DNA from: an uncultured Oscillibacter sp.
GTDB lineage: Bacteria; Bacillota; Clostridia; Oscillospirales; Oscillospiraceae
DNA: 64,000 nucleotides
NCBI GenBank assembly: GCA_910576845.1
Contig: CAJTJA010000001.1
Coordinates: 56,713 to 120,712, forward strand
Direction: 5' to 3'
Position numbers and translations under genes: made by a program. Position 1 is the stretch's first letter; every line of letters starts with the position of its first letter. A model generated the notes under the pieces. That model searched no databases. It was given only the letters and a program-made list of their open reading frames with translations, and had not been told where the DNA came from. Shown here piece after piece: positions 9,380 to 17,961 of the stretch.

Positions 9380-9916
9380 ATGGGGCGCTTTTCTGTTCTC
9401 GTAGGCGATATCACAAAATCCGATGCCCAAGCCATTGTCAATGCCGCCAACACCTCCCTGCTGGGCGGCAGCGGGGTGGACGGGGCAATTCACCGGGCCG
9501 CCGGACCGAACCTTCTGGCGGAGTGCCGGACCTTAGGCGGCTGTGAAACCGGACAGGCCAAGCTGACAAAAGGATACCTCCTCCCCGCACAATATGTGAT
9601 TCACACTCCCGGTCCCATCTGGCAGGGCGGGGATACCGGTGAGGCAGCCCTGCTGGCCTCCTGCTACCGTTCCTGTCTGATATTAGCGGAAGGCCACGGC
9701 ATTGAAAGCGTGGATTTCCCCTCTATTTCCACTGGAGTGTATGGCTACCCCATGGCCCAGGCGGCCAGCGTAGCTCTGAAGGCTATTATGGATTTCCTCC
9801 AGAGCCACGATCTTCCCCGCCGGGTGCGGATGATCTGCCATACGAAACAGGCCGCTGAAATCTATCGCCAGACCTACAACATGTGGTACGCCGGAGACAA
9901 ATCCGAGAGGCTGTAG
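9380..9916 (+). CDS. macro domain O-acetyl-ADP-ribose deacetylase
   Basis: GDIT, AIVNAAN.SLLGGSGVDGAIHRAAG, FPSISTGVYGYP. Confidence 0.93.
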   Translation: MGRFSVLVGDITKSDAQAIVNAANTSLLGGSGVDGAIHRAAGPNLLAECRTLGGCETGQAKLTKGYLLPAQYVIHTPGPIWQGGDTGEAALLASCYRSCLILAEGHGIESVDFPSISTGVYGYPMAQAASVALKAIMDFLQSHDLPRRVRMICHTKQAAEIYRQTYNMWYAGDKSERL

Positions 9917-9962
9917 CGCAAACGCCGGAAGGTGCAGTCCTTCCGGCGTTTGTCTTATCTCT

Positions 9963-10598
9963 TTATTCTTCTCTCGGTCCCGGCAGGTATTCCTCTCCCG
10001 CCGGGACCATGGACAGCTGTCCGGCAGACAGCTCTGTCAGCCGGGCGCCAAAGGCCGCCGCCCCCTCCGGGGAAAACGCTGTGTGCAGCAGCACCTCCGT
10101 CCCATAATCCGCATCCCGGAGAACCCCGCCCCGGGCGGATATCTCCAGCTTCAGCCGCTCCAGAAGCGGATACGGGCAGGGCACGTCCCATAAAGTCCAA
10201 AGGCTGACCCAGGCGGTGCCCGCCGCGTCCAGCCCGTCCCTGGCTCCCCGGCCATAGGCGCGGCTCAGCCCCCCCGCTCCCAGCAGCACGCCGCCAAAGT
10301 ACCGGGTCACAACACAGCAGACGTTGGTGACCTCCTGGCGCTGAAATACGTTCAGCATGGGCTGCCCGGCGGTGCCCTGAGGCTCGCCGTCGTCGGAGTA
10401 GCGGACTGCGCCGCCCTCCCGAATCAGATAGCACCAGCAATGGTGCCGGGCGTCGTAGTGCTTTTTTCGGACCTCTTCAATTTTGGCCCGGGCCTCCGCC
10501 TCGGTCTCCACCCGCCAGAGGTTCGTGATAAAGCGGGAGCGCTTTTCGGTGAATTCGGTTTCAACATCCGAGAAGGGAACGCGGTAGCCGTCAGCCAT
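9963..10598 (-). CDS. yigZ: YigZ/IMPACT family protein
   Basis: EKRSRFI, ARHHCW, SDDGEPQGTAG, VTRYFGGVLLGAGGL; start MADGY after AAGGAGAG. Confidence 0.92.
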   Translation of the reverse strand: MADGYRVPFSDVETEFTEKRSRFITNLWRVETEAEARAKIEEVRKKHYDARHHCWCYLIREGGAVRYSDDGEPQGTAGQPMLNVFQRQEVTNVCCVVTRYFGGVLLGAGGLSRAYGRGARDGLDAAGTAWVSLWTLWDVPCPYPLLERLKLEISARGGVLRDADYGTEVLLHTAFSPEGAAAFGARLTELSAGQLSMVPAGEEYLPGPREE

Positions 10599-10836
10599 GG
10601 CCGCTCTCCTTTTTGGCGGGCGGCAGCATGTCCCGGACATCGGTCCGGCCCAGCAGGTAATCCGCGTTGACCTGGAAGTAATCCGCCAGGGCGACGATAT
10701 TCTGGAAGCTAGGCAGGTTTGTCCCCCCTTCAAACCGCTGGTAATGACGGTCCGCCAACCCCAGGGCCGCCGCCGTCCGCGCCTGTGTCTCCTTCCGCTC
10801 TTTCCGCAAGGCGCGGAGTCTTTCTTGAAATATCAT
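10591..10836 (-). CDS. XRE family HTH regulator (cassette 1)
   Basis: FQERLRALRK..TQ..A..LG...Y.RFE.G...P, LADYF.V..DYLLGRTD. Confidence 0.88.
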   Translation of the reverse strand: MIFQERLRALRKERKETQARTAAALGLADRHYQRFEGGTNLPSFQNIVALADYFQVNADYLLGRTDVRDMLPPAKKESGHG

Positions 10837-10848
10837 GGCTCCCTCCTC

Positions 10849-10901
10849 TTGACACGCTATATTTGTTGTGCTACACTGTCTATAGCACGCTAAGTTTTGT
10901 G
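10849..10901 (+). promoter_or_regulatory. sigma-A promoter with candidate XRE operators
   Basis: TTGACA(10849)-17-TACACT(10872); CACGCTA repeated at 10853 and 10886. Confidence 0.7.
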
Positions 10902-10921
10902 TTTTTAGAAAGGTGATTTCT

Positions 10922-11131
10922 ATGTCCGACTTCCTGCCCTGGCTCCACGCCCACTACATCCGTCCGCAGCTCGACGCCGCGCCAAAACGGGACTACGCCT
11001 TCCACTTCGACCTCATCCGCAGCGACCTGCCTCCCGCCGGCCGGGAAAGCCTGGACAAGGTCCTGGAATTCACGGCCATCCAGGCGTTCCTCCTGGGCCT
11101 CCGCACCGGGGAGGGCCTCAGCCGTCTGTGA
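10922..11131 (+). CDS. small hypothetical protein with QAFxxGxRxG motif (cassette 1)
   Basis: GAAAGGTG RBS, promoter upstream, strong GC3 codon bias; similar C-terminus to 24180-24431. Confidence 0.75.
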   Translation: MSDFLPWLHAHYIRPQLDAAPKRDYAFHFDLIRSDLPPAGRESLDKVLEFTAIQAFLLGLRTGEGLSRL

Positions 11132-12389
11132 ACTCCGCCACCCGTCCCAGGGTCCGGGGGGAGCATACCGCCGTCACGTCGATGGTCTCGCCGTATTCCA
11201 CCCTCTCCACCTTGGCCTCCTTGTAGAGCATGTCCAGCAGGCCGCCCCGGTCATAGGGCAGGTGAATTGTCACCCGGCGGACGCCCTTGTCCAGCCGCCG
11301 GGCAACCATTTCCAGCAGCTTATCCACGCCCTCGCCGGTCTTGGCAGAAACAACGCAGATATCCTCGCCATGGGGCATGATCTCCCCCAAGGGGAGCCGG
11401 TCCGCTTTGTTGAACACGTCAATTCGGGGCAGGTCTCCCGCCCCCAGCTCTAAAATTAGCTCTTCCACCACCCGGGCCTGTCCCTGCCAGTCCTCACTGG
11501 ACACGTCAATCACGTGGAGCAGTATGTCTGCGTACTCCAGCTCCTCCAGCGTGGCCTTGAACGCTTCGACAAGCTGATGCGGCAGCTTGCGGATAAAGCC
11601 CACGGTGTCGCTGAGCACCACATCTGTGGTATCGCTGACATGGAGCAGGCGGCTGGTGGTATCCAGCGTGTCGAACAGGCGGTTGTTCGCCGGGATGCCC
11701 GCCCCGGTAAGGCGGTTTAAAAGGGTAGACTTCCCGGCATTCGTGTAACCCACCAGAGCCGCAACCGGAATTTCATTCTTCCGCCGCTGGCGGCGCTGGG
11801 TATTCCGCACCCTGCGGACATCCTCCAGGTCCTCCCGAAGCTTGTCGATCTTCCGGTGAATGTGCCTGCGGTCCGTCTCCAGCTGGGTCTCGCCGGGGCC
11901 CTTGGAGCCGATGGGCCCGCTGCCGCTGGTACCAGCCTGGCGCTCCAAATGGGTCCACATGCCCGTCAGGCGGGGCAGCAGGTATTGATACTGGGCCAGC
12001 TCCACCTGTAAGCGCCCCTCTCTTGTCCGGGCTCTTTGGGCGAAGATATCCAGGATCAGCCCGCAGCGGTCCAGAACCTGCACCCCCAGCAACTCCGTCA
12101 GGCAGCGGAGCTGAGAGGGAGACAGATCGTTGTCGAAGATGACCATGGTGGCCCCAGTATTTTCGCAGTAGAGCTTGACCTCAGCACACTTGCCCTCGCC
12201 GATGAAGGTTCTTGGATCTGGTGTGTTCCGATTTTGCAGAACCATGCCCACCGTTTCGCCTCCGGCAGTCTCCACCAGGGCGGAGAGCTCCTCCAGCGTA
12301 TCCTCCCCGGCGTTTTCCTCCCGCTTGAGGACCGGGGAATTCAACCCCACCAAAACCACCTTGTCTCGAATTTCCTTTGTCTCTTGCAT
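11118..12389 (-). CDS. hflX: GTPase HflX
   Basis: ILDIFAQRA.TREG.LQVELAQ, GPGETQLETDRR, GYTNAGKST, DTVGFI, NKAD. Confidence 0.97.
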   Translation of the reverse strand: MQETKEIRDKVVLVGLNSPVLKREENAGEDTLEELSALVETAGGETVGMVLQNRNTPDPRTFIGEGKCAEVKLYCENTGATMVIFDNDLSPSQLRCLTELLGVQVLDRCGLILDIFAQRARTREGRLQVELAQYQYLLPRLTGMWTHLERQAGTSGSGPIGSKGPGETQLETDRRHIHRKIDKLREDLEDVRRVRNTQRRQRRKNEIPVAALVGYTNAGKSTLLNRLTGAGIPANNRLFDTLDTTSRLLHVSDTTDVVLSDTVGFIRKLPHQLVEAFKATLEELEYADILLHVIDVSSEDWQGQARVVEELILELGAGDLPRIDVFNKADRLPLGEIMPHGEDICVVSAKTGEGVDKLLEMVARRLDKGVRRVTIHLPYDRGGLLDMLYKEAKVERVEYGETIDVTAVCSPRTLGRVAEFTDG

Positions 12390-12424
12390 AGTACTTCCTT
12401 AATATTCCATATAATTTTAAGTTT

Positions 12425-12943
12425 TTATCCTGCGGAGTACGCCTCCGTAATCTCCCCAATGTAAATCCGGTGCCATCCGCCCTTTGCCCCATAGCTGGGC
12501 AGAATCTTTTCCTCTCCGGCGGGGAGAACACAGGCGGGGTCCATGTCCTGGGCATAAAGCTTCCTGCAGACCAGAACCAGTTCCGCCTCTTCAAAGAAGG
12601 GAGCCCCGTTTTCACCGGCGCGGACCGCCAGCCCGCATTCCTTGATTTTATCCATATCCCGTCCACTCTTTGTGCCGCAGACAGCCATAGCCTCTTTCCT
12701 TTCAGCAGGCATTACGGACACGGTGAACCAATCGCTGTCCTCCATGAATTGATACGTGTAGCGCTCGGGCCGCACATAAACCGTGCAGGCCGGCAGTCCC
12801 CACAGCCGTCCCGTCTGGAACCAGCCGATGGTCATCGTATTGCAGCGCTCCGCCGTTCCGGCGGCAAGCAGCGCGTTCCGGCTGCCGAAGGCCGGGAGCA
12901 GCTCCGGGGCTAAACGTTTGGGGTCTGCGGGGTGCAGTCTCAT
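12425..12943 (-). CDS. flavin reductase family protein
   Basis: NTMTIGW, VYVRPERYT, CGTKSGRD.DK, H..YIGEI. Confidence 0.88.
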   Translation of the reverse strand: MRLHPADPKRLAPELLPAFGSRNALLAAGTAERCNTMTIGWFQTGRLWGLPACTVYVRPERYTYQFMEDSDWFTVSVMPAERKEAMAVCGTKSGRDMDKIKECGLAVRAGENGAPFFEEAELVLVCRKLYAQDMDPACVLPAGEEKILPSYGAKGGWHRIYIGEITEAYSAG

Positions 12944-13041
12944 GGCAGAGGACTCCTTTCAAAATACAAATTCAAATAAGGCCTATTTCCAGTATATGCG
13001 TTTCAGGAAAAAACGCAACAAGGAATTTACCGCCGGCCGCA

Positions 13042-13193
13042 GCCTGTTTTGAAACCGGAAGAATGCCGGACCGGTTTCAATTTTTTTGCCGCGCAAGACG
13101 ATTTGACGCAGGAACACCGAAGAATTCCAAATCAACTCTGTCCCGGCGAAAAAAGATGCTTCGGGGCGGCGTTTTAACCGCTTTAAGACAGGT
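13042..13193. mobile_element. degenerate ~150 bp MITE-like element (GCCTGTT-ended family)
   Basis: GCCTGTTTTGAAACCGGAAGAATGCCG vs reverse complement of right end ACCTGTCTTAAAGCGGTTAAAACGCCG; internal CAAG..GCAGG..CAA core. Confidence 0.5.
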
Positions 13194-13197
13194 GGCT

Positions 13198-13815
13198 TTA
13201 CAAGTTCCGCATCTCCTCCTGAAGGTTCTCCAAAAACCGCGCGGCGTGGCCGCCGTCCATCTGGGAGTGATGGAACTGGAAGGAAACAGGCAGAAGGGCC
13301 CGCAGGAACTTCTTTCGGTATTTCCCCCAGATTAGGAAGGGGTTGTTATAAAACCCGGCGTAGACATTTACCGCACCGTCGATCTCCGTCCAGGGAAGGG
13401 CGGAGGTGCCAATGACCATATGCGTGCCGCTCAGGTCATAGGGTTCCCCGGTCTCCCGGACCCGGGCGGTCAGCGCCAGGTAGTCCCGCCGGAACTGTTC
13501 CATATCTTCGGAAAAGGGAACATCGCAGGTGCTGATCCCTCCGCCCTGGAGAGCCGTCACCATATCCACCGCTAACCGGTCATATCGGATCAGTTTATCC
13601 CCCGCCGGGAGAGTGTAAAACTCCTCTACCCGGGAGGCCGCCCTTCCCACGCACCAGCACAGCAGAAGATTCAGCTTGATTCCCCGCCTCCGGCTGAGGC
13701 GGACCGCCTGGGTGACGTCCAGGGTCTTGAACAGCGTCACCATAGGCATGGGGGCTTGCATCCACAGCTCAAAGGCCTCTGCCCGGCTTGTCTGCTTCGG
13801 GTCCAGTTCTTCCAT
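13198..13815 (-). CDS. CatA-like O-acetyltransferase
   Basis: SALPW, WGKY, QFHHSQMDGGH (HHxxxDGxH catalytic motif). Confidence 0.85.
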   Translation of the reverse strand: MEELDPKQTSRAEAFELWMQAPMPMVTLFKTLDVTQAVRLSRRRGIKLNLLLCWCVGRAASRVEEFYTLPAGDKLIRYDRLAVDMVTALQGGGISTCDVPFSEDMEQFRRDYLALTARVRETGEPYDLSGTHMVIGTSALPWTEIDGAVNVYAGFYNNPFLIWGKYRKKFLRALLPVSFQFHHSQMDGGHAARFLENLQEEMRNL

Positions 13816-13872
13816 GCGAACCTCCCTCCCAAAAATATCTCTCCAAACATCTCAGCGGAAAACCGCCCAGCC

Positions 13873-14331
13873 TCACGGTTCCCTATGGACATACAGCCTT
13901 AACAGGCCCGGGCCTCCCTCTTCCTGCGTCATGCAGAAAAATGCCCATCCATAACGCTGGCAGAAGGACCTGTGATCGGTTGCCAGGTACAGCGTATCCA
14001 CTCCCCTGGCCTTCATATCGGCGCATGCGAACCGCAGCAGGACCCCGGCGATTCCCTCACACCGCCGGTCCTCCTCTGTATACACCGCGCAGACATTGGG
14101 CGTCAGGTCCTTTCGGGGGTGGAAATCGTTGTCGATGACGCCCAGCCCACCGATGATTCTGCCGGCCTCCGCCGCAATATACCACTGCGGAACGGGGCTC
14201 TCCCCACGCAGGCATGCCTCCATGCTGTCCAGATAAGCGGCCAGAGGAACACCCCATTTTTCATGAAACCACTGCGCGGCCGCCGCTTTCATATCCGGTC
14301 GGTCCGCAAGACGTATGATCCCGCAGTCTAT
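13873..14331 (-). CDS. GNAT family N-acetyltransferase (ATA at the expected start position)
   Basis: WFHEKWGVP, NVCAVYT..RRCEGIAG.LL, LYLATDH..F..RYGW; GGAGGGG RBS followed by ATA at 14331. Confidence 0.75.
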   Translation of the reverse strand: MDCGIIRLADRPDMKAAAAQWFHEKWGVPLAAYLDSMEACLRGESPVPQWYIAAEAGRIIGGLGVIDNDFHPRKDLTPNVCAVYTEEDRRCEGIAGVLLRFACADMKARGVDTLYLATDHRSFCQRYGWAFFCMTQEEGGPGLLRLYVHREP

Positions 14332-14364
14332 GGCGTCTTCCCCCTCCCAATGTACAATGTACGA

Positions 14365-14396
14365 AAAAAGAGCGCGCCGGACTACGGCGCGCTCTC
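14365..14396 (-). terminator. rpmE terminator
   Basis: agagcgcgccg-loop-cggcgcgctct followed by a T-run on the minus strand. Confidence 0.75.
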
Positions 14397-14417
14397 TTAC
14401 ATGTGACAGTGTCGGAC

Positions 14418-14621
14418 TCACTTGTCCAGGCCGAACCTCTTGTTGAACTTCGCGACCCGGCCGCCGGTGTCCACCAGCTTCTGCTTGCCGGTGAAGAAGG
14501 GGTGACACTTAGAGCAGACTTCCACCTTGATATCCTTCTTGGTAGAACCTGTCTCAATCACATTACCGCAGGCGCATGTAATCGTAGTCTGCTGATAATT
14601 GGGATGGATTCCTTCCTTCAT
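14418..14621 (-). CDS. rpmE: 50S ribosomal protein L31 (Zn-binding, CxC..CxxC type)
   Basis: [36 protein letters not shown]. Confidence 0.97.
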   Translation of the reverse strand: MKEGIHPNYQQTTITCACGNVIETGSTKKDIKVEVCSKCHPFFTGKQKLVDTGGRVAKFNKRFGLDK

Positions 14622-14683
14622 TGCTCTGTTCACCCCTTTCTAAAACGAATTGCAGCGCAGCTTCTGCCGCAACAGCAACTGTC

Positions 14684-14712
14684 AGTATAGCACGGCAGTT
14701 CTTAAATTGCAA
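14684..14712 (-). promoter_or_regulatory. sigma-A promoter of rpmE
   Basis: minus strand TTGCAA-17-TATACT. Confidence 0.7.
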
Positions 14713-14749
14713 GCTTTTTCTTACTTTTAAAAACTTTTATTTTTAAATG

Positions 14750-15571
14750 TTACCTCTGCCGCCGGACTTGAATCAGCGAGACAGCCCAGGCGGAAAGGAA
14801 CAGCGCCAGATGCGCCGCCACCACTGTGGCTCCCACCGGCGTAGACCAGGCGAAGGATACCGCCAGCCCCACACAGAAGCACCCAACCGACACGGCAGCG
14901 GCGCACAGAGTCACGCCCCGAAAGCTCCGAAAAAGCCGCATGGCCGTCAGCGCCGGGAAAATCACCAGGGAGGAGATCAGCATGGCCCCCATCATCCGCA
15001 TTCCCAAAACGATGGTCAGGGCCGTCAGAATGGCCAGCAGCGCGTTATACCGCTCCGCCTTCAGGCCCGTAGCCCGTGAAAAGCTCTCGTCAAATGTAAC
15101 GGCAAAAATGCGGTGGTAAAACAGCGCAAACAGCGCCAATACGGCGGCGCACAAAGCCACAGAAAGCACCACATCCTCACGGCTCATCGCCAGGACGCTG
15201 CCGAACATATAGTTATCTACATCCGTAGTCATGCCCGACGTTTTGGAGATGACCAGCACCCCCAGGGCCAGAGAGGAGGCGCTGACCACAGCGATGGCCG
15301 CATCACTGTTCCAGCGGGGACTGTCCGCCACCCGGAGGAGGAGAAAGGCCGCGGCTATCACCACCGGAATAGAGAAATACAGCGGCGTAAAGCCCAGAGC
15401 CGCGGCCACCGCCAAAGCCCCGAAGGAAACATGAGACAAGCCGTCCCCGATCATGGAATAGCGCTTCAGAACCAGCGGAACCCCCAGCAGGGCGGCGCAC
15501 ACGCTTACCAGCACCCCGGCAACGAGGGCCCTCTGGATAAAAGGAAAGGAAAACATATAGAGCAGGCTCAT
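14750..15571 (-). CDS. Zn/Mn ABC transporter permease (ZnuB-like)
   Basis: LVLKRYSMIGDGLSHVSFG, YMFGSVL, TFDE. Confidence 0.9.
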   Translation of the reverse strand: MSLLYMFSFPFIQRALVAGVLVSVCAALLGVPLVLKRYSMIGDGLSHVSFGALAVAAALGFTPLYFSIPVVIAAAFLLLRVADSPRWNSDAAIAVVSASSLALGVLVISKTSGMTTDVDNYMFGSVLAMSREDVVLSVALCAAVLALFALFYHRIFAVTFDESFSRATGLKAERYNALLAILTALTIVLGMRMMGAMLISSLVIFPALTAMRLFRSFRGVTLCAAAVSVGCFCVGLAVSFAWSTPVGATVVAAHLALFLSAWAVSLIQVRRQR

Positions 15572-16281
15572 TCTGACGCCTCCTTAAATTTCCTCCCAAA
15601 AGGAGAGGACAGATATTCCGCCGGGGTTCCCAGGAAGGTTCCGGCCTGGCCGATATGAAGAATGGTTCCGGCATTCCGGAGAGCGGAGCGAAGGTCATGC
15701 GTTACCATAACCACCGCCATATTCTCCCGGCGGTTCAAATAATCGAGCGTTTTGTAAAGGTCCTGTGCGGCGGAAGGGTCCAGGCCGGTGACAGGCTCGT
15801 CCAGAATCAAAAGCCGGCTGGCAGCACAGAGGGCCCTGGCCAGCAGAACGCGCTGCTGCTGGCCGCCGGAGAGGCTGCGGTAGCTCCGGTCCTTCAGCTC
15901 CAGAATTCCCAGCTTCCCCATATTCATCAGCGCCCCGGACTTCTCAGCGGGAGAATAAAAAAACCGAAACCCCTTCCGGTTCAGGCAGCCAGAGAGCACC
16001 ACCTCCTCCACCGTGGCCGGAAAGTCCCGCTGGGCCTGGGTCTGCTGAGGCAGGTAGCCTACCGCTCCGCGCTCCAGCTCCGGGGCCCGTCCAATTGTTC
16101 CGGCCAGCGGCGGCAGCAGTCCCAGAAGCCCCCGGAGCAGCGTGGACTTCCCGGATCCGTTATCTCCCACGATACAGAGATAATCTCCGCTTTGAATACG
16201 GAGGTTCAGGCCGCTCAAAACCCGATGCCCCTCATATCCCAGGGACACATCCCGGCAAACAATCAGATCGGCATGTTCCAT
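15568..16281 (-). CDS. Zn/Mn ABC transporter ATPase (ZnuC-like)
   Basis: GDNGSGKST, GYLPQ..DFPATV, LSGGQQQR, LDEP; GGAGG RBS before MEHAD. Confidence 0.9.
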   Translation of the reverse strand: MEHADLIVCRDVSLGYEGHRVLSGLNLRIQSGDYLCIVGDNGSGKSTLLRGLLGLLPPLAGTIGRAPELERGAVGYLPQQTQAQRDFPATVEEVVLSGCLNRKGFRFFYSPAEKSGALMNMGKLGILELKDRSYRSLSGGQQQRVLLARALCAASRLLILDEPVTGLDPSAAQDLYKTLDYLNRRENMAVVMVTHDLRSALRNAGTILHIGQAGTFLGTPAEYLSSPFGRKFKEASE

Positions 16282-16577
16282 AATCTGCCTCCAAATTGGG
16301 AAATGTAAATCTTTTCTTATCATATTACAGCGGGCCCGCAGAAAAAGTCAAGAGACGGAGAATTTCATAATATTCTGTTTCCCGCACAAAGCAAACCCTG
16401 CCGTCCCGCAGACACGCTCCGCCGCCGCGGTTCAGGATGCAGCCGGGCACTCGTGTTCCCTTGTGTCCAAAAGTCAAAGGTTGGATATCTTTGGAAATAA
16501 CTGTTTTTGTGCCTTAGGTACTATCCACAAAAATATTCTGCGATTTCTTCGAAGTGTACAAATATGGTATAGTCTTC

Positions 16578-16607
16578 TTGACTGCCGCCGGAGCCTTGTG
16601 CTAAAAT
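16578..16607 (+). promoter_or_regulatory. sigma-A promoter of the sugar ABC operon
   Basis: TTGACT-18-TAAAAT with TG extended -10. Confidence 0.5.
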
Positions 16608-16764
16608 ACCACCGTATTTGCCGGAGAGCATGGCGGTTATCTTTTCAAGAGCCTTTGAAAAGGGAGTACTCCCTTTTCCCGCGCTTTGTAAGCGCGGGAA
16701 GCAAGGTTTTTAGGGAAGGCTTCATGTTGTCCGGGGAAAACATTTGAAAAGGAGAAAAGAAGTC

Positions 16765-17805
16765 ATGAAGAAGTTTCTCGCACTGATCCTCTCCCTCGCT
16801 ATGGTCTTTTCCCTGGCCGCCTGCGGCGGCAACAGCGGCTCCGACGGAGCGCAGTCCTCCGGCGGCCAGCAGCAGTCCCAGCCCGCCGATTCCGGCTCTT
16901 CCGGCGGCGACGAGACCTACAACATCTCCGTCATCCTGAAGACCACCGCCTCCGAGTACTGGAAGTACGTGGTGGCCGGCGCCGAGGCCTATGGCAAGGA
17001 GCATCCCAACGTCACCGTCACCGTCAAGGGCGCCACTTCCGAGACCGCCTATGACGAGCAGCTGAACATGATCGAAACCGACATGAACAACGCCGACATC
17101 GACGGCTATGTCATCGCTCCCCTCCAGGCTGACATGGTAACCACCATCATTGCCAATCAGACCAAGCCCATCGTGGCCGTGGATACCGACATCGACGCCC
17201 CCGAGGTCCTCTCCTTCGTCGGCACCGGCAACGAGGCCGCCGGCAAGCTGGGCGGCGAGGCCGCCGCGAAGCTGGCCAAGGAGCGCGGCTGGGAGGAGAT
17301 CAAGTGCATCGAGATCGCCGGCGTTCAGGGCGACTCCACCAACGAAGCCCGCATGGCCGGCTACAAAGCCGGCATTGAGGCCGCCGGCGGCGTCTTCCTC
17401 TCCGACGAGATCCAGTACGCCAACGCCGTGGCCGACCAGGCCGTCACCTGCATGGAAGCCATCATCCAGAACCATCCCGAGGGCATTGCCGTCATCTGCG
17501 CCAACAACGACGACATGGCCATGGCCGCCGCCCGCACCGCCGCCGCCTCCGGCAACGAGAACTACAAGAACACCGTCTTCCTGGGCTTCGACGGCATCCA
17601 GTCCGCCTGCCAGTCCATCCTGAACGGCGAGGAGACCATGTCCGTCTGCCAGGAGGGCTACAGCATGGGCTATAACTCCGTGGACGCCGTGGTCCGCGCC
17701 CTCCAGGGCGAGAAGCTGGACGAGTTCATCGACGCAGGCGCCAGCATCGTCGATCCCTCCACCGCCCAGGCCCGTCTGGAGCAGCTCCAGGGCTACCTGG
17801 CCTAA
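16765..17805 (+). CDS. sugar ABC transporter substrate-binding lipoprotein (RbsB-like)
   Basis: MKKFL..LAAC lipobox; GTGNE.AG, NDDMA, GFDG. Confidence 0.92.
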   Translation: MKKFLALILSLAMVFSLAACGGNSGSDGAQSSGGQQQSQPADSGSSGGDETYNISVILKTTASEYWKYVVAGAEAYGKEHPNVTVTVKGATSETAYDEQLNMIETDMNNADIDGYVIAPLQADMVTTIIANQTKPIVAVDTDIDAPEVLSFVGTGNEAAGKLGGEAAAKLAKERGWEEIKCIEIAGVQGDSTNEARMAGYKAGIEAAGGVFLSDEIQYANAVADQAVTCMEAIIQNHPEGIAVICANNDDMAMAAARTAAASGNENYKNTVFLGFDGIQSACQSILNGEETMSVCQEGYSMGYNSVDAVVRALQGEKLDEFIDAGASIVDPSTAQARLEQLQGYLA

Positions 17806-17841
17806 ATAAGCAAAAGCCGTACATCCCTTTTGAAGTGAGTG

Positions 17842-17884
17842 AAGGGGCCCCGTTCCGGCTCCGCCGGAGCGGGGCCCCTTTTCT
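17842..17884 (+). terminator. hairpin after SBP gene (terminator or stabiliser)
   Basis: aaggggccccg..cggggcccctttt. Confidence 0.65.
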
Positions 17885-17961
17885 CTTTTCCCAGTCACAT
17901 ATTTCCGGGACCCCGTGTGTCGCAAAACCCCTGATTTCCAAGAGAATGAGGTGATTATTAG

